From Candidatus Cloacimonadales bacterium (lineage in GTDB: Bacteria > Cloacimonadota > Cloacimonadia > Cloacimonadales > JAIOQZ01): 64,000 nt of DNA. The stretch lies in assembly GCA_963665815.1 (NCBI GenBank), contig OY762463.1, forward strand, positions 1,445,735-1,509,734. Direction: 5' to 3'. This document shows positions 37,432-45,022 of the stretch, one piece after another. The position numbers and the translations under genes are program-made. The notes below the pieces were generated by a model that saw nothing but the letters and a program-made list of their open reading frames with translations, made no database searches and had not been told where the DNA came from. The first letter of the stretch is position 1. Each line of letters begins with the position of its first letter.

Positions 37432-38190
37432 AAATTCTCCTCCCCGTAGTGTTTCGATTTACCGAGAATACCAGAAACAAGTGGAGGAGTACTCTGCTTG
37501 TGGTGGGAGGTAATTGATATCACAATTTGATTATGTGTTACCCATATCCTCGGTTTGTGCACAAAATCATTGACACGACTAATCTAATTTATGAACTCAT
37601 AAACATGAAACTATGGTATAATCCCGAACTTAAAGAAAAAGCAAAGGTGTTGAGAAGTAATTCAACGTTGGCAGAAGTACTTTTCTGGAATCAGTTAAGG
37701 GACAAGAAATTAGGGTATGATTTTCACCGACAGAAACCAATCGACTATTATATTGTGGATTTCTATTGCCCAAAGCTGAATCTTATAATTGAAATTGACG
37801 ATTCCGATTATAAAGATTAAAACCTTGCGAATGGTTGATAAACCTTCGCAATGGTTGCCAAGTGAAGCAGAATCTCACCATTCGCAAGGTCAAAAGACCA
37901 TTGCGAAGGTGGAAGAAAAAATCTTGCGTTTTTTACACAGTCTGTCAGTCTATTTTGTTACCCATGTCCTCGGTTGATACCGAGGCTTTTGCGTCGATTG
38001 GGGATCAGGAAATCCTTGAATCCTGTATATCATGGTTCATAATATTTATTGAGACAACCGTCCGGTTGTCTCTACGCGGTTGGCAGAGCTGCTGAGTATG
38101 TGAACACCGTAGAGAGGTAGCATGCAACGTCTGAGGTTAGGAGACACAAAATATTGTGTCTCTACACAGCAGGTGATGCCTTACAGTTCT
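37432..38190. repeat. Composite non-coding repeat locus 2 (block X, unit U3, block Y')
   Basis: Same order as locus 1. U3 spans 37537-37964. Hairpins at 38051-38072 (perfect 9-bp stem, GTCC loop) and 38141-38162. Confidence 0.9.
37605..37820 (+). pseudogene. Second copy of the truncated DUF559/Vsr-like fragment
   Basis: Same 71 codons as 36316..36531 with a few substitutions (M->V, W->G). The ORF-track start at 37527 is an upstream read-in. Confidence 0.6.
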
Positions 38191-38516
38191 TCCAGACAGC
38201 AGATTGCTGACAGACAACAAACGAAAATATTTTTATATCTTGAGTTCAATAATTAAGTTGACAAATATTCTTATAACTGTATTTATTTACATGGAAATAT
38301 GTTATTAGAAGCAACTCGATGTCGAGTACTCGACTTCTCCGTTTGGTTAAAGAAGATGACTATTGCATTTCTTGTAATTAACTTGAACATTCAATTGAGC
38401 CTTAAACCAATTAAAAATGAAGGAGTTTCTATGATGAACAATACAAAAAAAGTTGAAGCATTAACGAAGTCGAGTCGCTTGTAGTAATTAATAATTATAG
38501 AGAATGAGGTGTTTTA

Positions 38517-39734
38517 GTGAATCATCAGACAATTGAATCAGCAACTGAAAAGGCAAAACATATTTATATTGATGAATTTGGGAACAATGGATTTGATTTC
38601 GAAAAGCAAGGAGTATCAACGCATTTTATTCTAACTTCAATAATTGTAAATCCTGAGGATGTGGATGAGATTAGTCAATCTTCAGAAGAAATACGAGAAG
38701 GTCTACATCTTAAGGATGAACTGAAATTTAGTAGCTTTAAAAAGAAGTTTCACAATCAGCAAATTTTCAACGAAAAATTATTAGGCATATGTAATACTCT
38801 TAAACGGCTAAATCTGCAGATAATATGCTTTGTTTTTGACAAGAGAAAGATTTTTGAAGATTCTCCTATAAGGAACTATAAAAAAACGTTTTATAAGTTC
38901 TTGAACAGTAAATTGTATGATGAACTCTGGTCAAGGTTCCAGTCCTTGAGGATTGAAGCAGACGAGCATGGCTCTAGAGATTTCATGGATGAGTTTAAAA
39001 ACTATTTCCATAAAAAGTCTGGAATTTCACAAGATGATCTTTTTTGTCCTTATGAGTTTAGATTCAGGAATAGTATAGATAGTCCTTTAGTACAATTAGC
39101 TGATTTCGTTGCAGGTTTGTTTTCTATTGGATTTGATGAGAAAGCAAAGCTTGATATTTATGAAAGCTGTTTTGCTTTGATTGAAGAAAAAGTGATTACA
39201 ATTGAGGAATGGCCTTATAGTTATGAGAAACTTATTGATAAGAAAGTTAACTTATTAAATTCATCAGAAATTAACCGCACGATTTCTGTTGGAAGTATAC
39301 GAAAATGCAGGAACTATATTTCTGATAATATTGAAAGCAATGAAGAATACTGTGTTGAAAGAATGATTGTTCTGAAAAGATTGCTTTGGGAATTCAGAAA
39401 TAACATAAAAGCAAAATACTTAACATCCAGTGATCTAATCGAGTGTATCGCCGAACAGACAGGCAAAAGGTTCACAAAACATGAGTTTATGCATTATATT
39501 ATCGGTCATCTTAGGGATTCTGAAGTTATAATTTCTAGCAGCGAACAAGGATATAAAATTCCGACAAATGAAGCTGATATATATTCATATGTAAATAGAT
39601 CATTTAGTAATATTGATCCAATGATGAATAGACTAAAAGTTTGTAGGAAAGAAATCCTTAAGCTTACAGGTGGTGAATTAGATATACTTAGCCAAGAGAA
39701 ATTTGATAATATCAGAAGGTATCTTAATTTGTAG
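38517..39734 (+). CDS. DUF3800-like protein with a C-terminal winged-helix-like extension (405 aa)
   Basis: GTG start with GAGGTG 5 nt upstream. N-terminal HIYIDEFGN and distal VQLADFVAG resemble the two conserved DUF3800 motifs (from memory). The C-terminal ~120 aa (…YKIPTNEADIYSYV…) are unassigned. Confidence 0.55.
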   Translation: MNHQTIESATEKAKHIYIDEFGNNGFDFEKQGVSTHFILTSIIVNPEDVDEISQSSEEIREGLHLKDELKFSSFKKKFHNQQIFNEKLLGICNTLKRLNLQIICFVFDKRKIFEDSPIRNYKKTFYKFLNSKLYDELWSRFQSLRIEADEHGSRDFMDEFKNYFHKKSGISQDDLFCPYEFRFRNSIDSPLVQLADFVAGLFSIGFDEKAKLDIYESCFALIEEKVITIEEWPYSYEKLIDKKVNLLNSSEINRTISVGSIRKCRNYISDNIESNEEYCVERMIVLKRLLWEFRNNIKAKYLTSSDLIECIAEQTGKRFTKHEFMHYIIGHLRDSEVIISSSEQGYKIPTNEADIYSYVNRSFSNIDPMMNRLKVCRKEILKLTGGELDILSQEKFDNIRRYLNL

Positions 39735-39924
39735 ACTCAGCCTCAAGTTACCCTCGGCTAACATTCAGCCCTTGTCTCAAGCCAAAATACAGCCATAACA
39801 CACTTTATAATCACCATTGATTTATACCCCGAAAAAAGGTGCAAAAAAACTAATATTTAGCTTGACTTTAAAATCGACCCAAAAATATTGATATAAAAAT
39901 ATTGAATTGGAAGGAACTGAATTA

Positions 39925-40569
39925 ATGATGAATGATTCTGTTTCATTGTATACTATACGTCGTTTACCGTTATACCTTGAATTTTTAAAAGAACTCAAAG
40001 CAGCCGATGTGGAATTTACCTCGGCTTCAGAAATAGCACGCAATTTAAAAATATATCCTACTCAGGTCAGAAAAGACCTTACTATCGCAGGACTCACAGG
40101 AAAACCAAGAGTCGGTCACAAAGTTGACGAGTCAATCATTTTAATCGAAGAATTCTTAGGCTGGGATCACTCTCTCAATACTGTCGTGGTTGGAGCAGGT
40201 AATCTTGCCAGAGCGCTGCTGCGTTATCACGATATGAATGTGACAGGCTTAAGTATCAAGGCTCTTACAGATAACGATCCTGCTAAATTCGGAACTCACG
40301 TAAAAGGGCTCAAAGTCTATTCAAATGATGACCTCGCAAAAATCCGCGATGAATTTGATATTCAGGTGGGAATAATTGCTACTCCTGCATCCGAAGCACA
40401 GAATGCAGCGGATATGCTTATCGAAAACAAGATTACTACTCTGTGGAACTTCACTACCGTCCGCATCAAAGTGCCGGAAAATGTATTTGTGGAGCAGACT
40501 TGTCTGTACTGCAACATGGCAGTGGTGACCTACCATCATAACAAAAGAAATTTGATAGAATACAAATAA
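39925..40569 (+). CDS. rex: Redox-sensing transcriptional repressor Rex
   Basis: IRRLPLYLEFLKEL wHTH region plus Rossmann VVVGAGNLARALL. The size and its position upstream of hydrogenase genes are typical. Confidence 0.88.
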   Translation: MMNDSVSLYTIRRLPLYLEFLKELKAADVEFTSASEIARNLKIYPTQVRKDLTIAGLTGKPRVGHKVDESIILIEEFLGWDHSLNTVVVGAGNLARALLRYHDMNVTGLSIKALTDNDPAKFGTHVKGLKVYSNDDLAKIRDEFDIQVGIIATPASEAQNAADMLIENKITTLWNFTTVRIKVPENVFVEQTCLYCNMAVVTYHHNKRNLIEYK

Positions 40570-40602
40570 AAAAACAAAACCAAAATTATTTGGAGGAATT
40601 GG

Positions 40603-40965
40603 ATGAAAAAACTCGAAGAATTACGTAAGATCAGAGAAAAAGCTCAACAAAACATGGCTTTAAGAAACGCTGATCACCGTGTAAAGATTGTTGTTTCCAT
40701 GGGAACATCCGGAATCGCAATGGGTGCCCGTCAGGTAATGAAAGCATTCCTGGAAGCTATCCAGGCAAAAGGACTTACTGATGTTGTTGTAACACAGACA
40801 GGAGAAAAAGGAATTTCCTCAATGGAACCTGTAGTAGATGTATACGTAAAAGACATGCCTCAAGTCACATACGGATACATGAACCCTGAAAAAGTTGCTG
40901 AAGTAATGGAAAAACACATCATCGGTGGAGAAGTTGTAGCAGAATATGTTGCTGCAGCAGAATAA
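40603..40965 (+). CDS. Thioredoxin-like [2Fe-2S]-ferredoxin-fold protein lacking all cluster cysteines (possible HydD-like accessory subunit)
   Basis: The fold pattern of the NuoE/HydB N-terminal domain is retained (KIVVSMGTSGIAMGARQV...VTQTGEKGISSMEPVVDV...Y), but the protein contains no cysteine. Confidence 0.6.
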   Translation: MKKLEELRKIREKAQQNMALRNADHRVKIVVSMGTSGIAMGARQVMKAFLEAIQAKGLTDVVVTQTGEKGISSMEPVVDVYVKDMPQVTYGYMNPEKVAEVMEKHIIGGEVVAEYVAAAE

Positions 40966-40998
40966 GAAGGAACTCAAAAAATAATATAAGGAGAAATT

Positions 40999-41454
40999 AT
41001 GTACGATAAGATTTTCGAAAAGTACGAAGCTGTAAAATCTAATCTGATTTACATCCTGCATGATATCCAGGATCAGCATCCTCAGCATTATATTTCAGAA
41101 GAAGCTGTTGCCGCTGTATCTAACTATCTCAATGTACCGGAAAGTCACATTTTCGGTGTTCTTACATTCTACACAATGTACTCAACAAAACCAAGAGGAA
41201 AGAACATTATCCGTTTATGTGAATCTCCTCCATGCTGGCTTAAAGGTTCAGACGCTGTTCACAAAACACTCAAAGATTATCTTGGAGTAAAAACAGGCGA
41301 AACAACTCAAGACGGTGAATTCACTCTTGAACTTTGCGCATGCCTCGGTGTTTGCGGTAACGCTCCTGTAATGATGGTGAACGAAGATGTTTACGGTGAC
41401 CTTACTCCTGACAGAGTTAAAAAGATCATCGATGAAATCAGAGGAGGCGAATAA
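40999..41454 (+). CDS. hydC: NuoE-like [2Fe-2S] subunit of NAD(P)H-linked [FeFe]-hydrogenase (HydC-type)
   Basis: RLCESPPCWLKGSDAV...LELCACLGVCGNAPVMMVNED (4-Cys NuoE pattern). Confidence 0.85.
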   Translation: MYDKIFEKYEAVKSNLIYILHDIQDQHPQHYISEEAVAAVSNYLNVPESHIFGVLTFYTMYSTKPRGKNIIRLCESPPCWLKGSDAVHKTLKDYLGVKTGETTQDGEFTLELCACLGVCGNAPVMMVNEDVYGDLTPDRVKKIIDEIRGGE

Positions 41455-43016
41455 TGAAAACTACACGCACTCACATTTTATTCGGTATGGACGATGCTAG
41501 TATTGCTGCAGGAACAAGTGCTGTTCAAGCTGCAATCAAAGCTGAAATAGAAAAAAACGGTCTTCAGGAAGAAGTAGAAGTACTTGAAACCGGTTCACTT
41601 AATTTCTTCGATAAAGGCGTGAACTGTGTTGTTTATCCTGACAACGTTACATATATTAACCTCAAATTAGAAGATGCTGAAGAACTCGTAAGAGAGCACT
41701 TTGTAAAAGGTCGTCCTGTAAAAAGACTCCTTATGACAGCTCCTGAAAAAGTTCAGATTGACATGAACTACGACACAAGAATCGTTCTCAAAAATTCAGG
41801 TATTATTGATCCTGAAAACATTGAAGAATATCTTGGAGCAGGCGGTTACATTGCATGGGAAAAAGCACTTCTTAATATGAAGCCAATGGCTATCATTGAT
41901 GAAGTTAAGAAATCAGGTCTGAGAGGACGTGGTGGAGCCGGATTCCCTGCGGGACTCAAATGGAGTTTCACAGCACCAATCGAAGCTGAACAAAAATTAT
42001 TTGTTATCAATGCTGACGAAGGTGAACCGGGAACTTTCAAAGATCGTCTTATTATGGAAGGTGATCCTCATAAACTTCTTGAAGGTATTATGATCGGATC
42101 ATATGCTGTTGGCGCAACCAAAGCTTACATATATATTCGCGGTGAATACAAATTATGTATAAACCGTTTGAATAAAGCGATCGAGCAGGCTCGCGAATAT
42201 GGCCTCCTTGGAGAAAATATCTTCGAATCAGGATTTAATCTTGACATAGAAGTGATGATTGGCGCAGGTGCTTATGTATGCGGTGAAGAAACTGCATTGA
42301 TTGAATCTATGGAAGGAAATCGTGGAAACCCACGTTCCAAGCCACCTTTCCCAGGCGTTAAAGGTGCTTGGCAAAAGCCTACAGTTGTCAACAACGTGGA
42401 AACTATAGCTAATGTTCCTGCGATCATTAACAATGGCGGCGAGTGGTATGCTAAACTCGGAACCGAAAAATCAACCGGTACAAAAGTATACACCATACTC
42501 GGTGATGTTGAAATGCCAGGTCTTACAGAAGTAGAAATGGGTACACCATTACGTAAGATCATCAACGAGTACGGCGGTGGAATGAAAGACGGCAAGAAAT
42601 TCAAAGCCGCTCTTATCGGTGGTAGTGCAGGCGTTATCCTTAACGAAGACCTTGTTAACGTTAAGATGGACTATGAAAGTCTTGGAGACAACGCAGCTGT
42701 TCTTGGTTCCGGAGCTATTCTTGTAATGAATGAAGATGTTCCAATGGTAGAAATGCTTGCATCTATTATTCATTTCTTCGAGCATGAGTCATGCGGTAAA
42801 TGTCGTCCATGTGCACTCGGTACAAAACAGCTCGAAAAACTGATCAAGAAAGTTCAGAAAGGTGAAGCTACAGTTGAAGATTTAGACTACATGATTACTC
42901 TTTCAGAGATAATGCAGCAGTCTTCCTTCTGTGCATTAGGTCAATCATTAATCATGCCGGTAAAAAGCGCTATTGAGAACTTCCGGGATGAATTTTTAGC
43001 AAGAATTGAAAAATAG
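41454..43016 (+). CDS. hydB: NuoF-like flavoprotein subunit (HydB-type) with a degenerate N-terminal Trx-like domain and no C-terminal 2x[4Fe-4S] domain
   Basis: GLRGRGGAGFPAGLKW (FMN/NADH site). ESCGKCRPCALGT...SFCALGQ (N3-type cluster). The N-terminal ~95 aa are Trx-like but have only one Cys. The protein ends 35 aa after the last N3 ligand. Confidence 0.85.
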   Translation: MKTTRTHILFGMDDASIAAGTSAVQAAIKAEIEKNGLQEEVEVLETGSLNFFDKGVNCVVYPDNVTYINLKLEDAEELVREHFVKGRPVKRLLMTAPEKVQIDMNYDTRIVLKNSGIIDPENIEEYLGAGGYIAWEKALLNMKPMAIIDEVKKSGLRGRGGAGFPAGLKWSFTAPIEAEQKLFVINADEGEPGTFKDRLIMEGDPHKLLEGIMIGSYAVGATKAYIYIRGEYKLCINRLNKAIEQAREYGLLGENIFESGFNLDIEVMIGAGAYVCGEETALIESMEGNRGNPRSKPPFPGVKGAWQKPTVVNNVETIANVPAIINNGGEWYAKLGTEKSTGTKVYTILGDVEMPGLTEVEMGTPLRKIINEYGGGMKDGKKFKAALIGGSAGVILNEDLVNVKMDYESLGDNAAVLGSGAILVMNEDVPMVEMLASIIHFFEHESCGKCRPCALGTKQLEKLIKKVQKGEATVEDLDYMITLSEIMQQSSFCALGQSLIMPVKSAIENFRDEFLARIEK

Positions 43017-43032
43017 TAAACGGAGGTTATAA

Positions 43033-44826
43033 ATGAGTAATGTTAAACTTATGATTAACAACATTGAGGTAGAAGTACCTCAAGGTACAACGTTAATCCA
43101 GGCTGCGAAGAAAGCAGGTTACAAGGTTCCTACATTATGTTACCACCCAGACTGGAAACCGACTTCAGCATGTGGTGTTTGTATTGTAGATATCGAAGGC
43201 TCTCCAGTCCCAAAAAGAGCTTGTTCAACAGAAGTTTGGGAAGGAATGAAAGTAACCACAAACAGCAAAAAACTCCGTGAAGCAAGAAAAACTCTCATTG
43301 AACTTATACTTGCAAATCACGATGTTACATGTCCTACATGTGTTGCGAATGGTAAATGTGAATTACAGGAAATCGCTTATACATTAGATATCGATCCTGA
43401 AGCTGTTCCTAGCATGCTTAAAAAAGTTCCTGTTGATCATTCTTCAGTTTCCATAATCAGAGACGTAAACAAATGTATCAACTGTGGACGCTGTGTTCAG
43501 GTTTGTTCAGATGGTCAGACAGTTAATGCACTGACATTCTCAAATCGTGGATTCGAAACAAAAATCGATACAGCTTTAAGCCTTGGTATGGCTAACTCTG
43601 TATGTGTTAATTGTGGTCAGTGTACAGTATACTGCCCAACAGGCGCATTACATGAAAAAGACGATACAGCAAAAGTATGGGATGCTCTTCTTGATCCTAC
43701 AAAACACGTTGTAGTACAGGAAGCTCCATCTATCCGTGCATCACTCGGTGAAGAATTCGGAATGGAATTTGGTGAAGTAAATATTGGTAAAATGTATGCA
43801 GCACTTAAGAGACTTGGTTTCGACGGTGTATTCGATACAAACTTTACTGCTGACCTTACAATCATCGAAGAAGGTTCAGAAGTTGTTGATCGTGTTGTTA
43901 ATGGTGGTCCATTACCATGTATAACATCATGTTCACCAGGCTGGGTAAAATTCATGGAAACATTCTTCCCTGATCTTGCACACCATGTATCAACTGCAAA
44001 GTCACCTCAGCAAATGATGGGTACTCTTGCAAAAACATACTATGCTGAACAAAAAAGTATTGATGCAAAAGATATAGTATCTGTATCAATCATGCCTTGT
44101 ACAGCTAAGAAATTCGAAGCTCAAAGAGATGAAATGTCTGATTCTAAATATCAAGACGTAGATTACGTTCTTACAACAAGAGAATTAATCAGAATGATTC
44201 ACGAAGCAGGTATGGATTTCAAAAACCTTCCTGAAGAAGAACCATATTATGAACTTTCACATCACACTGGTGCCGGAACTATTTTTGGTGCTACAGGTGG
44301 TGTTATGGAAGCTGCACTGCGTTCAGTATACTGGCTGGTAAATAAAAAAGACCTTGGTGATGTAGAAATAACACCTGTTCGTGGTCTTAAAGGTATCAAA
44401 GAAGCTGAAGTTGCTCTCACACCAGACCTTACTGTTAAAGTTGCAGTTGCTCACGGACTTGGAAATGCAAGAAAACTCATGGAAAAAGTTCAAAAGCAAA
44501 TCAAAGAAACAGGTAAGAGCGAATATACATTCATCGAAATCATGGCTTGCCCTGGTGGATGTGTTGGCGGTGGTGGACAACCATTCGGTAACTCAATGGC
44601 TGACCGTGCACGCCGTGGAGAAAGACTGTATGAAGATGATAGAAATCTTCCTGCAAGATGCTCACACCATAACGAAGCTGTAATGGGACTCTATGGCGAA
44701 GGTAACTTCCTTCCTGAAGGTCCTGGTGGTCATAAAGCTCACCATCTGCTTCATACTCACTATTACTCAAGAGAAAAATTCAAGGGTCAAATAGTTGAGC
44801 AAGTTACAGGTAAAGATCATCACTAA
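43033..44826 (+). CDS. hydA: [FeFe]-hydrogenase catalytic subunit (multi-cluster, group A3-like architecture)
   Basis: N-terminal 2Fe-2S (CYHPDWKPTSACGVCIV). HDVTCPTCVANGKC. Two ferredoxin motifs (CINCGRCVQVC, CVNCGQCTVYCPTGA). H-cluster motifs TSCSPGW, MPCTAKKFE, EIMACPGGCVGGGGQP. Confidence 0.92.
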   Translation: MSNVKLMINNIEVEVPQGTTLIQAAKKAGYKVPTLCYHPDWKPTSACGVCIVDIEGSPVPKRACSTEVWEGMKVTTNSKKLREARKTLIELILANHDVTCPTCVANGKCELQEIAYTLDIDPEAVPSMLKKVPVDHSSVSIIRDVNKCINCGRCVQVCSDGQTVNALTFSNRGFETKIDTALSLGMANSVCVNCGQCTVYCPTGALHEKDDTAKVWDALLDPTKHVVVQEAPSIRASLGEEFGMEFGEVNIGKMYAALKRLGFDGVFDTNFTADLTIIEEGSEVVDRVVNGGPLPCITSCSPGWVKFMETFFPDLAHHVSTAKSPQQMMGTLAKTYYAEQKSIDAKDIVSVSIMPCTAKKFEAQRDEMSDSKYQDVDYVLTTRELIRMIHEAGMDFKNLPEEEPYYELSHHTGAGTIFGATGGVMEAALRSVYWLVNKKDLGDVEITPVRGLKGIKEAEVALTPDLTVKVAVAHGLGNARKLMEKVQKQIKETGKSEYTFIEIMACPGGCVGGGGQPFGNSMADRARRGERLYEDDRNLPARCSHHNEAVMGLYGEGNFLPEGPGGHKAHHLLHTHYYSREKFKGQIVEQVTGKDHH

Positions 44827-44880
44827 ATAAAAATTTTGCGAAGGACAAAATTTAATATTAAAAATTTATATAATTAAATG

Positions 44881-45022
44881 TTGTCTGACTGTAATAATTT
44901 AGTATAATATAGAAAAAGAATTTATTACTATCCTGAGATGAAGGAGTAAATCTAACATTCAGGGATGGGGAGATAGATACTATTATAACCTCCGTGTCCC
45001 TGTGTGGACCGGAGGTTTTTTC
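44881..45022 (+). promoter_or_regulatory. Promoter plus ~105-nt structured leader ending in an intrinsic terminator directly in front of the maturation operon
   Basis: TTGTCT (44881-86), 16-nt spacer, TATAAT (44903-08). Hairpin ATCCTGA(44930-36)/TCAGGGAT(44959-66). Terminator AACCTCCGtGTCC(44987-99)/GGACCGGAGGTT(45006-17) + T6. The GGAGG in its 3' arm is the SD for the GTG at 45023. Confidence 0.55.

Noticed and set aside
37262-37480. 72-aa minus-strand ORF in the spacer between the two composite repeat loci
   Set aside because: No SD, low-complexity composition, and it overlaps block X of locus 2. It is probably fortuitous.
36250-37965. Possible CRISPR-like or TIGR-like array because of regularly recurring GTTACC(T/C)RTGTC boundaries
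   Set aside because: The units are ~270-430 nt, not 25-40 nt repeats with spacers. The sequence between boundaries is itself repeated rather than unique. No cas or tas-like genes are present.
38299-38484. 61-aa ORF upstream of the DUF3800-like gene
   Set aside because: No ribosome-binding site. It lies in the putative leader and spans inverted repeats, and I saw no homology signal.
39735-40602. Search for a Rex operator (TTGTGAA/TTGTTAA-N-TTCACAA type palindrome) near rex and the hyd genes
   Set aside because: I found no convincing palindrome by eye. Only a direct repeat AAAAATATTGA x2 is present at 39881-39906. Rex regulation of the cluster therefore remains a context-based inference.
44941-44952. 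3-codon mini-ORF ATGAAGGAGTAA in the hydG-operon leader as a leader peptide
   Set aside because: It is too short and has no SD. The AAGGAG within it is more simply part of the hairpin loop. It is mentioned only as a possible decoy SD.
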